Shown: one piece after another, positions 29,487-39,380 of the stretch
How positions within the stretch are numbered: the stretch's first letter is position 1
Layout: each line of letters starts with the position of its first letter
Assembly: GCA_964252075.1 (NCBI GenBank)
Contig: CAXULY010000010.1
Coordinates: forward strand, 32,001-96,000
Reading direction: 5' to 3'
DNA length: 64,000 nt
Source: an uncultured Deinococcaceae bacterium
GTDB taxonomy: Bacteria > Deinococcota > Deinococci > Deinococcales > Deinococcaceae
Notes under the pieces: model-generated
Told to the model about the DNA's origin: nothing
Databases searched by the model: none
The model's input: the letters and a program-made list of their open reading frames with translations, nothing else
Program-made: the position numbers and the translations under genes

Positions 29487-30136
29487 AGCAGCACTACCAG
29501 CCCACCCCTCAGTACGTGTGGGAGATCGCGCAGGAACTCGGTATCACCTCCCAGGCGGTCGCGCACACCGCCTCCACCCTCGGACTGAAGATGACCAAGT
29601 ACGACAGACGCCTGCGCCTATCCGAACTGGACGCCGCGTACCTCATGGCGACCATCATGGACCGCACCGTCACCAGTGACCTCTCCCACTGGATGACGGC
29701 GGACGAAGCGGTCCGCGCGCTCGGCATCACCTACAAGGCGTTCCAACTGCGGCGGTACGCGGGCACCCTGAACATTGAGGCGCGTCGCCCACGTGGGCAG
29801 CGGCACAACGCGAAGCGCTACAACCCCGAGGACGTGCGCCGCGAGGCCGCGCGCATGCCCATCGCGCCCCGCGGGCGCGTGCGGGGCAGCATGACGACCG
29901 CTGAACTCGTGCAGCTTGCGGGCATCTCGACCGCGACGCTGTACGGATGGCGTGACCTGGGGGCGCCCGTGATCCGCACGACGGGCGTGCAGTCCTACTG
30001 GCCGCTGGAGCGCCTCGCGGCGTGGCTGGACGCGAACCCTGCCCTCTGCTATAACCCACGGCTCGGTCGCGTGCGCCAGCAGGTCGCCGCCCGCGTGCGC
30101 GCGCACCTCGCCCAGCAGTCGAAAGGCGCCGCATGA
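29483..30136 (+). CDS. multi-HTH DNA-binding protein
   Basis: Three HTH-like segments: IAQELGIT, AVRALGIT, LAGISTATLYGW. Confidence 0.7.
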   Translation: MKQHYQPTPQYVWEIAQELGITSQAVAHTASTLGLKMTKYDRRLRLSELDAAYLMATIMDRTVTSDLSHWMTADEAVRALGITYKAFQLRRYAGTLNIEARRPRGQRHNAKRYNPEDVRREAARMPIAPRGRVRGSMTTAELVQLAGISTATLYGWRDLGAPVIRTTGVQSYWPLERLAAWLDANPALCYNPRLGRVRQQVAARVRAHLAQQSKGAA

Positions 30137-30678
30137 CGCACGCCGAGCTGCTGGAGCAGGTGGAAACGATGCTGAAGGATGTCACGCCCGGTCCGTGGCG
30201 GGTGGGTAGCCCTTACTTCCGCTGCACGTTGAACCACGCGCACGGGCGTGGGGATTGCGAGTATCTGCAGCAGGACGAGTGGTTGGGTGAAACGCCCTCT
30301 GACTCGTACAGCTCAGCCTTCAGCGTCTACCAAGACCGCCCATACACGCATTCCGAGCACCAATCTGACCGGAATGCGGGGCTGGTGGTGGGCATGACTG
30401 ATTGGGAGGAGGGTGGAGTCCGGACTTTCGCGGACGCCCGACTCATCGCCACCGCACCTGACCTCATCCGCGCCCTCGCCGCCGCGCTGCGGGACGTGAC
30501 CGCGCAGCGGGCGGCGCTGGAGGCCCGACTCGACCTCGCGCACGCCACGCTGACCGACTTCGCCACGAACTACGACCACGACGAAGACGCGCACCGCTAC
30601 GGCAACACGGGCGCGTGCCAGGTGTGCACCGCAGAGAAAGCCCTCGCCGCCCTCAAGGGGGAACCCCATGCCGACTGA
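30133..30678 (+). CDS. Ead/Ea22-like protein
   Basis: TPGPW...DARLIATAPDLIRAL. Confidence 0.65.
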   Translation: MTHAELLEQVETMLKDVTPGPWRVGSPYFRCTLNHAHGRGDCEYLQQDEWLGETPSDSYSSAFSVYQDRPYTHSEHQSDRNAGLVVGMTDWEEGGVRTFADARLIATAPDLIRALAAALRDVTAQRAALEARLDLAHATLTDFATNYDHDEDAHRYGNTGACQVCTAEKALAALKGEPHAD

Positions 30679-31009
30679 TGCGGACTTTCTGGATGCAATC
30701 AAGACGGAGGCGTGGGGGCGCGACCTGCCCACCGTGCGCCTCGCGCGCCTCATCGCCGGGGATGAAGCGGCGCTCGTTGAGCCCTGCACGCCGTGCGGCA
30801 CGAGCGGAGATGTACAAGTGGACGCAGAGCGCGCCGCCCTGCTGGATGCCCGCGAGCGCGTGAAGGCGTTGGAGGCACGAGCCAAGCACCTTGAGCATCG
30901 ACTCGGCTGTATTGACGCGGCCTGGGGTCATGGAGCAGGCGAACTGAGAAGAATGGCCCGCGCCGCCCTCTCGCCCAGCGGGGCCTCTGAAACAGAGGGG
31001 GAGGGGTGA
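30668..31009 (+). CDS. phage hypothetical protein
   Basis: Overlapping operon chain. Confidence 0.55.
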   Translation: MPTDADFLDAIKTEAWGRDLPTVRLARLIAGDEAALVEPCTPCGTSGDVQVDAERAALLDARERVKALEARAKHLEHRLGCIDAAWGHGAGELRRMARAALSPSGASETEGEG

Positions 31010-31365
31010 TTCAACTCTTCTTGGTTCTGGTGCTCGGCATGATCGCGGGCTGGCTGCTCTGCTGGGCGTACCTGCCCTGGAAGGCTACCCCAGTGGTCAA
31101 GCGCATCCGGGATGAAGCCATGGCCGCCGAGGAACGCACGAAGCAGGAGCGCAAGGCGTGGCGTGCCGAGCGTCAGGCGAGCGAGCCGGAGCTGTGGGAG
31201 GTCAAGATGCGCCTTCAAAGTGCCGAAGAGCGCGTGGCGGAGTTGCAGGAGACGCTGAGTGACGAGAGCTGGCAGCGCGCCCGCTACCACCTGGAGCAGG
31301 CTGCGGCGCACATGAGCGACGTGGGCACCGCTCGCCTCATCAGCCGGGATCGGGGGGAGAAGTGA
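31006..31365 (+). CDS. TM-anchored coiled-coil protein
   Basis: N-terminal TM; GGAGG RBS. Confidence 0.6.
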   Translation: MIQLFLVLVLGMIAGWLLCWAYLPWKATPVVKRIRDEAMAAEERTKQERKAWRAERQASEPELWEVKMRLQSAEERVAELQETLSDESWQRARYHLEQAAAHMSDVGTARLISRDRGEK

Positions 31366-31808
31366 GCCGCACCCTCTCCCCTGCCGCCGTCCTCGCCTAC
31401 GCCCGGCGCCGCAACCTCACGCACATCGCGGAGGAGGCGCGCGCCGCGCGGCAGGCCACGCGCTCCGGGCTCGCCGCCGAAGCGACCCTCGCCGCGCAAC
31501 TGAGGCAGGCGGGCCTGGAGGTGGTTCAGCAATTCGCGTGGGGGCAACTCCTCACGCCGCCCACCCAGCACCGCGCGGACCTGTACCTGCCCGCCCACAC
31601 CTTCATCGTGGAGGTGGTGGGTGGCGCGCACAGGGCGAGCGTGGACCGCCTGAACAAAGACAGCCACCGGGACAACCTGCTCGATGACCTGCGCGTGATT
31701 CTGCCCGGCCTGCGCGTCAAGAAGTACCCGCCCGCGCAGGCGCGCGACGGCTCCGCCCTCGCCAGCATCCTCACGCACCTGCAGACACAGGAGGCAAGAC
31801 ATGCCTGA
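31362..31808 (+). CDS. DUF559/Vsr-like endonuclease
   Basis: E..L...L, RADLY...IVEVVGGAH...D..RD. Confidence 0.7.
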   Translation: MSRTLSPAAVLAYARRRNLTHIAEEARAARQATRSGLAAEATLAAQLRQAGLEVVQQFAWGQLLTPPTQHRADLYLPAHTFIVEVVGGAHRASVDRLNKDSHRDNLLDDLRVILPGLRVKKYPPAQARDGSALASILTHLQTQEARHA

Positions 31809-32226
31809 GCTGACCGAGTACGAAAACCTCGCGCTCCGCAATCTGGACCTGGAGGGGCAAGTGGTGAACATGCGGCACGCCTTCAAACAGCACGAGTACC
31901 GTGCCGCCCTCAAGGACCTGTACGCCGATGAAATCGCGGACCTGTACACGAAGTTGCGGGACGAGCCGCGCTGGTGGCCCATCCGCCTGCGGTGGCGGTG
32001 GGGTCGCTGGGATGCGGGGGACCGGCTGTTCCTCCGGTGGGCCATCTCCGACTGGTATGGGAAGACCACCGTGGTGCGCGTGTGGCGTCTCGCCATAGTG
32101 CTCGGTGACCGCCCGGACCTCGTGATGTGGAAACGCTCGGCCCTGGAGGCCACGCGGGAACAGCGCATCAAGGAACTTCAGGACCGCATGGGCATCGTGG
32201 AGGAGCCAGATGACGACGAAGACTGA
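31801..32226 (+). CDS. phage hypothetical protein
   Basis: GGAGG RBS; operon chain. Confidence 0.6.
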   Translation: MPELTEYENLALRNLDLEGQVVNMRHAFKQHEYRAALKDLYADEIADLYTKLRDEPRWWPIRLRWRWGRWDAGDRLFLRWAISDWYGKTTVVRVWRLAIVLGDRPDLVMWKRSALEATREQRIKELQDRMGIVEEPDDDED

Positions 32227-32479
32227 CCTGCCCAGCAACCGAGCGGCCTTCACCCGCATCGCAATCCAGATGATCCCGTACAGCATCGGCCTCCTCATCG
32301 CGTGGTACGGCGGGCACGCCCTCCTCAGCCGCCTCGGGTGGCCCATGACGCCCCGTGAGGACGTGTGGGTGGCGTTCGTCTTCGGCGTGATGTGGATGGC
32401 CCGCCTCACGTCCCTGCTGCTGGGGCAGGTGCAGTCCTACCTAAAGGTCGCGCTCAAAGAGATGGAGGCCCGACCATGA
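32210..32479 (+). CDS. small 2-TM protein
   Basis: Two hydrophobic segments. Confidence 0.55.
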   Translation: MTTKTDLPSNRAAFTRIAIQMIPYSIGLLIAWYGGHALLSRLGWPMTPREDVWVAFVFGVMWMARLTSLLLGQVQSYLKVALKEMEARP

Positions 32480-32832
32480 CGAACGCCGAACTGATTGCCG
32501 CCGCCCGTGATTACGTGGAGCGAAACGACAAGCCCCTGCAGACCTCACACCACTCCGCCTGGGCGCATTACATCACGCAGCTCGCTGACGCTCTGGAAGC
32601 CGCCACGGCCACCCCCGACCCACCTGTGGACCCGGAGGAGGTGGGCGGCGCGTTCGCCGCCGAGATGGCCCGCATGGCGCCGAGCCTCACGCCCCTCCTG
32701 AAGGCGATGGAGCAGGACCGCAGGGCCGCCGAGCAGGACTTCCAGCGGAAACGCGAGGAGTTCCACGAGCGCCGCCTCCAGTCTCGCCAGGAGTACGAGG
32801 AGCGCGTCCGAAAGATGTTGGAGCGCCGATGA
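32476..32832 (+). CDS. phage hypothetical protein
   Basis: ATGA coupling; GGAGG RBS. Confidence 0.6.
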   Translation: MTNAELIAAARDYVERNDKPLQTSHHSAWAHYITQLADALEAATATPDPPVDPEEVGGAFAAEMARMAPSLTPLLKAMEQDRRAAEQDFQRKREEFHERRLQSRQEYEERVRKMLERR

Positions 32833-33068
32833 CACGCGCACATGCCTTTGACGATACGGTCAGCGCCTTCTGGACCGTCCTCATCCTGGCCGCGATTGTT
32901 GGCGCTGTTCTGGCGGTCGGGTTCTTCATCTACAACCAGGGCAAGCTCGGCGGGTACCGGGATGTCCTGCACGGCTACGCGACCATCCAGCAGTACACCC
33001 TCCGCAACCGCACCTGCATGGTCGTGGTGACGACGGACGGCTACCGCGAACTGGACTCCTGCCGATGA
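32829..33068 (+). CDS. small TM protein
   Basis: Single TM; ATGA coupling. Confidence 0.55.
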   Translation: MTRAHAFDDTVSAFWTVLILAAIVGAVLAVGFFIYNQGKLGGYRDVLHGYATIQQYTLRNRTCMVVVTTDGYRELDSCR

Positions 33069-33934
33069 CCGCCGCCACCCTCACCCGCGAGGCACCCATG
33101 CCCATGACCCCGATCCGAAAGCCCGGCGAGCACGCTGACCTCATGGCCCGCCTGAAGGTCGCGCGCGAGCGGTACATCACGCGCCAGCTGGACGCGAAGG
33201 AGTACGCTCTGGTGCTGCACCGCGCCCGCCGCATGCTCTGGGCGGACGGCATCCTGCACGAGATTGCCTTCCGGGACACCGTGGCGCTCCTGCGCGACGA
33301 ACGTCAGCGCAGGGCGGACGAGACGGAGGCCCGCAAGCCCAAGCACACCCACGATGACCGTGCGCATTTCGACCACCACAAGTTGCGCGCCCGCACGCCC
33401 ACCGCAGGCACGCCCGCCCCGCGCAACCGCGCCACGCAGCACGCCCTCACCCCCACGGGCGTCCTCCCTGACCTGTTCCCCGACGCCCGACGAATCCAAC
33501 CCGAACGCATCCAGCGCCAGGCCGTGTACCACCTCGCCGCCATCCTGTACCGCGCGCACACGCACGGCTGGCGCACCGCGCCCGGCGCCCGCGAGACATA
33601 CGGACGCCCCCCCGAAGCGCCCAAGACGAACATGCAGAGCCCCACCGCCCGCTGGGTGGTGTTCGACGCCCTCATCGTCAAGCACGGCACCGCCATGCAG
33701 GTCCGCGCGCAGATCAACGAGCGGGAATACTGGCACGCCCTCCAGAAACTCACCGACGAGCAGCAGCACGAGATCACCACGTACTACCGCCGCAAGCCGT
33801 ACGTGAACATCCAAGGTCGGGAGAGCGCGCCGCTACTGGAAGTCGAGGAGCGCGTGGCGTTCCCGGACCTCGCGCACGTGCGTTACCGCGCAACGTATGA
33901 CGCGTTTGATGCCTTACTCAGCAACCTCCTCTAA
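33065..33934 (+). CDS. last early-operon protein; candidate late-gene regulator
   Basis: Position before an AT-rich promoter/terminator interval; no family recognised. Confidence 0.5.
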   Translation: MTAATLTREAPMPMTPIRKPGEHADLMARLKVARERYITRQLDAKEYALVLHRARRMLWADGILHEIAFRDTVALLRDERQRRADETEARKPKHTHDDRAHFDHHKLRARTPTAGTPAPRNRATQHALTPTGVLPDLFPDARRIQPERIQRQAVYHLAAILYRAHTHGWRTAPGARETYGRPPEAPKTNMQSPTARWVVFDALIVKHGTAMQVRAQINEREYWHALQKLTDEQQHEITTYYRRKPYVNIQGRESAPLLEVEERVAFPDLAHVRYRATYDAFDALLSNLL

Positions 33935-34050
33935 GAGCAGTACCAGCGTGAACGCAACAAACCACTTGCATGAAGCCCGCAGATTTGACACACTGAGCAC
34001 AACAGTTACAAGTGTCTCAACATCAACCGGTCCGAGTGAAGACCGCACGC

Positions 34051-34082
34051 GCCGCGTCAAATCTGACGCGGCTTCTCTTTGT
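34051..34082 (+). terminator. intrinsic terminator after candidate late promoter
   Basis: GCCGCGTCA-AATC-TGACGCGGC followed by TTCTCTTTGT. Confidence 0.65.
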
Positions 34083-34095
34083 GTCAGGAGGTCAG

Positions 34096-34275
34096 ATGTT
34101 CGTTTACTCGCCGCTGGTCTACCGCATGTGGTTGCGTGGCGTCACCTACGCGCACCTCTGTGACCTCCACGCAAAACGCGACTCGCTGCCCCCGGCGTAC
34201 CGCAAGGTGCTCGATGACGAGTACGCGTACCGCACGCCCCGCTGGTGGTCGCACGGCGGCGGCGCCGAAGCGTGA
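34096..34275 (+). CDS. small phage protein
   Basis: AGGAGGT RBS. Confidence 0.5.
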   Translation: MFVYSPLVYRMWLRGVTYAHLCDLHAKRDSLPPAYRKVLDDEYAYRTPRWWSHGGGAEA

Positions 34276-34378
34276 AGCGCAGTCAGATGAAAGCGCACTG
34301 GCGTGCATGGCGGGGCACGCGCATCAACGGCAACCGCACGGGCCGGCGCACGCAGACGCGGCAACACCGGAGGTGAGG

Positions 34379-34837
34379 ATGAGCGACCGCACCGCCATCA
34401 TTGATTTCTGCCCCATGTGCTTCGCCAGCACCGACGACAGCAGTGGAGGTGGCGAGATCGTGCCGAACATCTACTGCATGAACTGCGGCGGGCATCCCAT
34501 CAAGGCGCCGCGCTGGGCGGTCCAGAGCATCCGTGAGCAGGCGTCCTGGGTGGGGAAGCGCTACTACCCAAACGAGGAGGACACCGAGCGACAGCGTGAG
34601 ATTCGGTACTTCCGCGCCCACGCTCCCGCTGACCCCGCCGATGAGTACAAGCGCCTTGAAGCCGACCCGGATGACCGCACGCAGACGGTCTACCTGCAAC
34701 TCACCCGCCACTACGCGGGGCAGAGCGGCACCCGCAGCACCATGATGCCCCTCGCGGACGACACTGAGGCGACCCTTGAGGCGGCGAAGACAAAGCTGAG
34801 GGCCGCCCTGCCGTACCCGCCCGCGCTCGCTGACTGA
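34379..34837 (+). CDS. zinc-ribbon phage protein
   Basis: CPMC...CMNCG; GGAGGT RBS. Confidence 0.6.
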   Translation: MSDRTAIIDFCPMCFASTDDSSGGGEIVPNIYCMNCGGHPIKAPRWAVQSIREQASWVGKRYYPNEEDTERQREIRYFRAHAPADPADEYKRLEADPDDRTQTVYLQLTRHYAGQSGTRSTMMPLADDTEATLEAAKTKLRAALPYPPALAD

Positions 34838-34970
34838 TCGGAGGCCGCATGTGGAACTCCCCCCGACCCACCCGGACTACGGACGCTGGCGAGACTGGCG
34901 GGGCCGCTGGCTCACCTGGAGCCGCGACTACACGGCGCTGCTGATGCGGCTGTGGTGCAACGAGGCTTGA

Positions 34971-35279
34971 CTAATTGCCATCAATCCCAAAGCCGGGCCT
35001 GAGCAACTTCAACTCGTGTGCCGCCCGCATGATTGCGTAGGCGACCATCGAGGGCGGCATGCCCCTATCGCCCATGCCAATCACTTCGCTGCCTTTGACG
35101 ACCACCGCCGCTTGATTCTCGTGGGATGGCTCCGGCTCAACTCCTAGACCGATGGTCACCCAACCAAAGACGCAGCCTTCACGGCGCAGGGCCGCGATGG
35201 TCTCACGCATGGGTTCATCAACGAATTCAAGCACCTGCTCGAAGTCATCCTGCCCGAGCTCACCAGGATTGAAGTCCAT
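34971..35279 (-). CDS. antisense moron, hypothetical protein
   Basis: Lower GC; TAGGGT 5 nt before the ATG (leaderless-type). Confidence 0.6.
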   Translation of the reverse strand: MDFNPGELGQDDFEQVLEFVDEPMRETIAALRREGCVFGWVTIGLGVEPEPSHENQAAVVVKGSEVIGMGDRGMPPSMVAYAIMRAAHELKLLRPGFGIDGN

Positions 35280-35302
35280 CCCTCACCCTACCCGGAGGTG
35301 CC

Positions 35303-35722
35303 ATGACCCGTAAACAAGGCCCTCCGAAGGGGCTCAACGAACGACAGCGGAAGTTCTGCGAACTCTACGCCGCGAGCGGCAACGCCAGCCAGGCCGCCAT
35401 CCGCGCCGGGTACAGCGCCGCGAGTGCCGCCACAAACTCCGACAAACTACTAAAGAATACGAACGTCCAGCAGTACCTCCTGCAGCTCAGTGAGCAGGCC
35501 ACCTCCAACCGCATCGCCACCGCCACCGAACGCCAGGAGTTCTGGACGGCCATCATGCGCGGCGAAGTGCAGGACGGCGACAACCCCGCGAAACTCACGG
35601 ACCGTATCAAGGCGTCCGAGCTGCTCGGCAAAGCGCACGGTGACTTCATTGAGCGCGTGGAGCACAGCGGCGACCTCGGCGTGCTGGGCGTGAACATCAT
35701 CATGCCGGGCGGTGAGGAATGA
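35303..35722 (+). CDS. terS: terminase small subunit
   Basis: LNERQRKFCELY...NASQAAIRAGYS, RIKASELLGK. Confidence 0.93.
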   Translation: MTRKQGPPKGLNERQRKFCELYAASGNASQAAIRAGYSAASAATNSDKLLKNTNVQQYLLQLSEQATSNRIATATERQEFWTAIMRGEVQDGDNPAKLTDRIKASELLGKAHGDFIERVEHSGDLGVLGVNIIMPGGEE

Positions 35723-37029
35723 CCGCCGCGCACGACCTCAGCGAAGTCGGCGCGGACGGCATGCTGAACATCCGCCTGCACGCCGGGCAGGCGAAGGCCT
35801 TGCGGAGCACGCGTCGCTTCATCCTCGTCCTTGCAGGCACGCAGGGCGGCAAGACTTCGTTCGGCCCCCTGTGGTTCCTGCAGGAGATCAAGGCGCGCGG
35901 CCCCGGCGATTACATCGTCGCCACCCCCACCTTCCCGCTGCTGGAGCTCAAGCTCCTCCCGGAGTTCCGGCGCCTCTTCGAGCGGCAGCTGAAGCTCGGG
36001 CGGTACATCGGCAGCCCCACCAAGAAGTTCGTGTTCACGGACGAAGGCGCCAAGCGCCTCTTCGGGGACCGCCACCGGCCCGACGTGCCCACGCAGGTGT
36101 TCTTCGGGCACGCGCAGGACCCGGACAGCCTGGAGTCCGCCACCGCGAAAGCCGCGTGGTTGGACGAGGCCGGGCAGAAGAAGTTCAAGCGCGGCAGCTG
36201 GGAGGCCATCCTGCGCCGCCTCAGCATCCACATGGGCCGTGTGCTCCTCACCACCACGCCCTACGGCGCATTCGGGTGGCTGAAAACGGAGCTGTACGAC
36301 CGCTACAAGGCGGGCGACGCGAACGTGGACGTGGTGAACTTCGAGAGCCGCATGAACCCCAGCTTCCCGCGGGCGGAATGGGACCGCGCGAAAGCGACGC
36401 TGCCCGAGTGGAAGTTCGACCTCATGTACCGCGGCCTCCTCAGCAAACCCGCCGGCCTGATTTACGACGTGTTCGACGCGGACCGTCACGTGATCGAGCC
36501 GTTCCGGGTGCCGGAGCAATGGCCGCGCTACCTTGGCCTGGACTTCGGCGGGGTGAACACTGCCGCGACGAAATGGACGCGCGACCCCAGCACGGGCTAC
36601 CTCATCTGCTACGCGGAGTACCACGAGGGCGGACGCATCGCCGCGGAGCACGCCGCCGCCCTCAAGGCGGGCGGGGAGGTGTTCGCGCGCGTGGTGGGCG
36701 GCAGTCGCAGTGAGGGGCAGTGGCGCGCGGAGTTCGCTGCGGGCGGCCTGCCCGTCGCGGGCCCGAAGTTCAGCGACGTGGAGGTCGGCATTGACCGCGT
36801 GTACGGCCTCATCAAGCAGGATCAGGTGCGCATCTTCGACACGTGCGTCGGCCTGTTGGATGAGGTGGAGACGTACAGCCGCGTGATTGGTGAGGACGGC
36901 GAGCCCACGGAGGAGATTGAGGACAAGAGCACGTACCACTTCCTCGACACCGTGCGTTACATCCTCGGGGATCTCGCTGGGCCCATGAGAGAGCGCCGCC
37001 AGGACACGGGCGGCGTCGCCACCTACTGA
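35719..37029 (+). CDS. terL: terminase large subunit
   Basis: AGTQGGKT Walker A, WLDEAG Walker B, LTTTP, GLDFG, HFLDTVRY. Confidence 0.93.
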   Translation: MTAAHDLSEVGADGMLNIRLHAGQAKALRSTRRFILVLAGTQGGKTSFGPLWFLQEIKARGPGDYIVATPTFPLLELKLLPEFRRLFERQLKLGRYIGSPTKKFVFTDEGAKRLFGDRHRPDVPTQVFFGHAQDPDSLESATAKAAWLDEAGQKKFKRGSWEAILRRLSIHMGRVLLTTTPYGAFGWLKTELYDRYKAGDANVDVVNFESRMNPSFPRAEWDRAKATLPEWKFDLMYRGLLSKPAGLIYDVFDADRHVIEPFRVPEQWPRYLGLDFGGVNTAATKWTRDPSTGYLICYAEYHEGGRIAAEHAAALKAGGEVFARVVGGSRSEGQWRAEFAAGGLPVAGPKFSDVEVGIDRVYGLIKQDQVRIFDTCVGLLDEVETYSRVIGEDGEPTEEIEDKSTYHFLDTVRYILGDLAGPMRERRQDTGGVATY

Positions 37030-37043
37030 AAGGACGTGAGCGC

Positions 37044-38645
37044 TTGACCCTGCCTCAGACCCTCAGCGCCACGCTCGGCGTGCCGCAACTCACGCTGGAC
37101 CTCCTCACCGAAGCCCTCGTCACGTCGCGCGGACGCCCGCCCGCCCCGAACGACCTGAACCTCGACGTGCTGCACGACTACGCGCACGACAACCAGATCG
37201 GCACGAACGGGCAGTACTGGCGCGGCCGCAAGCCCGTGAGCGGCTCCATCACGGACATCCTCGACCAGCTCGTCAGCGACGACCAGATCGGCCCGGCGCT
37301 GGACACCCTCGTGGCGGGGCAGCTGGACCGCGACCCGGAGTGGGACGTGGTGGTGGAAGGGACGCCCATCGAGGGGAACGCCGAGGGCGTCTTCCCTCCC
37401 CCGGTCCCGGAACTCACGGAGTGGCACCAGGGCGCGCAGCTCTTCAACGCGCTCCGGGACGCCGCGCGCGCGTACCAGTGGGCGGGGCGCCTGCTGGGGC
37501 GCGTGTACATCCCGGACGTGTACCGCGACCTCATTGTGCCCGGCAAGACATGGACGCTGCAGGAGGCGCTGAGCGTCGTGCATGTGCAGGCCGTGGACCC
37601 CCGGCAGGGCGGCCCGCTCGTGGATGGGCACGGGCGCGTGCTCGGGTATTACTTCGCGTACAGCGTCACGGACCCCCGCACGCGCCTCACCACGAACCTC
37701 GTGGAACTTCACACGCCCGACCGCGTCTGGACCCTCACCGTGCAGAACGGCGCCTTCGCGCCCCTGAATGCCAGCGAGGAGCCCCCGCTGAACCCGTTCG
37801 GCTCACTGAACGCCGCCTCGCCCCGCCGCCCGGAGTTCCTGATGTGGCACGCGGACCGCGATGGGGGCAGCGCCATCACGCCCAGCATCCGCGCGAAGCA
37901 GGACAGGTTGAACGCCGCCGCGACGAACGCTGGGCGGAACGACGACATGGCCGGGTACCGGCAGATCATCGTCGCGAACGCCGAACAGCCCGTGGACAAA
38001 GACGGCAAGCCCGTCCCGTGGACCACCGGCCCCGCCGTCGCCATCCGCCTCGTGGGTATCCCGTACGACGATGAGGTGAACGGGGTCGCCATGCCGCGCC
38101 GCCACACGCCCACCTGGAACGTCATCGACCCCGTGGACCCCGCGAAGTTCCAGGGCAGCATCGACATGTGGACGCGCCTCATCGCGCGTGCGTTCGACCA
38201 GGAGTGGCGCATCGACCCGCAGGCCGCCGTGAGCGGCGAGAGCAAACGCGTGAGCCGCAAGGGGCACGACAAGCGCGTCGCGTTCGCCGCGCAGGACAGC
38301 GGCGCGTTCCTCGCGTGGGCCCTGCGCGCCGCGTACGTCCTCGCCAGCACCCTCGTGGGCAAGCAGCAGCTCACCACGGCGCTCAAGACGACCTTCACAC
38401 CGCGCCTGTACCTGGACGTGGACAGCACGAACCTCAGCGAGTACCGCGAGCTCCTCACCGCGTGGCGGGATGGCGGGCTGGACCTGCAGACGCTCGTGGA
38501 GGCCACGCCCACCGTGAAGGACAGCGCGGCGGTCGTGCAGCGCATCAAGGACGAGTGGAAGGAACGCGGCGGCGCCCCGGCGCTCGGCAGCACCACCCCA
38601 CCCACCACCGGCACGCCGCCCGCCGTGCCGCAGGGAGACGCATGA
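37044..38645 (+). CDS. portal protein (putative)
   Basis: 533 aa directly after terL; SGES motif near the C-terminus. Confidence 0.75.
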   Translation: MTLPQTLSATLGVPQLTLDLLTEALVTSRGRPPAPNDLNLDVLHDYAHDNQIGTNGQYWRGRKPVSGSITDILDQLVSDDQIGPALDTLVAGQLDRDPEWDVVVEGTPIEGNAEGVFPPPVPELTEWHQGAQLFNALRDAARAYQWAGRLLGRVYIPDVYRDLIVPGKTWTLQEALSVVHVQAVDPRQGGPLVDGHGRVLGYYFAYSVTDPRTRLTTNLVELHTPDRVWTLTVQNGAFAPLNASEEPPLNPFGSLNAASPRRPEFLMWHADRDGGSAITPSIRAKQDRLNAAATNAGRNDDMAGYRQIIVANAEQPVDKDGKPVPWTTGPAVAIRLVGIPYDDEVNGVAMPRRHTPTWNVIDPVDPAKFQGSIDMWTRLIARAFDQEWRIDPQAAVSGESKRVSRKGHDKRVAFAAQDSGAFLAWALRAAYVLASTLVGKQQLTTALKTTFTPRLYLDVDSTNLSEYRELLTAWRDGGLDLQTLVEATPTVKDSAAVVQRIKDEWKERGGAPALGSTTPPTTGTPPAVPQGDA

Positions 38646-38929
38646 GCCAACCCGACACCGTGACCGTGTTTGAGGTGGAAGACCCAACCGTGACCCTTGA
38701 ACAAGGTGTGTTCCAAGTCACGCACTACAACGACAAGGGCGGTGAGCAGGGCAACCCGCTTGTGATCCTCACGAATGGGCGCCGCCTGTTCTTCGGGAGC
38801 GACGGCATGTACGACGCGGATGATCTGGAGGAGGACGGCTCCTTTAAGGCGGGGCGGTGGCCCGGCAACGTGAACTGGGAGGAGCTTCTGCAGCTCTTGG
38901 ACGGCTGGCGGAACTTTACCCGGAACTAA
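38642..38929 (+). CDS. hypothetical protein
   Basis: ATGA coupling to portal; lower GC. Confidence 0.6.
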   Translation: MSQPDTVTVFEVEDPTVTLEQGVFQVTHYNDKGGEQGNPLVILTNGRRLFFGSDGMYDADDLEEDGSFKAGRWPGNVNWEELLQLLDGWRNFTRN

Positions 38930-38937
38930 GGAGACGC

Positions 38938-39183
38938 ATGAGCCATGAAGCACTGACCGGTCCGGTCAAGTGGATGCCCACTGTCATTCAGAACTGCGAC
39001 TTCGTGACCCTCAACCCGGACGGCACCGAAGCGTCCCGCGTCCACATTGACTACCTCGAACTGCCCGGGCAACGGCTCTCAAAGGTTGAGCACGTCAGCG
39101 ACGAAGAAATGCGGGCGGGACTCGAAGAAGTCTTCGAGCAGTACGGCGAGGTGCTTCAGCGTTTGGCAGACGAGGGGGACTGA
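38938..39183 (+). CDS. hypothetical protein
   Basis: AAGGAG RBS. Confidence 0.6.
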   Translation: MSHEALTGPVKWMPTVIQNCDFVTLNPDGTEASRVHIDYLELPGQRLSKVEHVSDEEMRAGLEEVFEQYGEVLQRLADEGD

Positions 39184-39380
39184 TGGAACCTGACGAGAAA
39201 GCCGCTGCGCTGGAGATCCTGCGAACCCTAGCGGACCGCATTGAGCGGGACGAGGTGAGCCTTGTGGGGTTCGAGGCGAGGGACATCACGCCGCCAATAG
39301 ATGCCGACCTCTACGGCCGTTCCACTCGCAGAGACAAGCCGCGCACGACCGCTATGACGCTGTACCTGAAGGGCACATGA
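39183..39380 (+). CDS. hypothetical protein
   Basis: TGATG coupling. Confidence 0.55.
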   Translation: MEPDEKAAALEILRTLADRIERDEVSLVGFEARDITPPIDADLYGRSTRRDKPRTTAMTLYLKGT

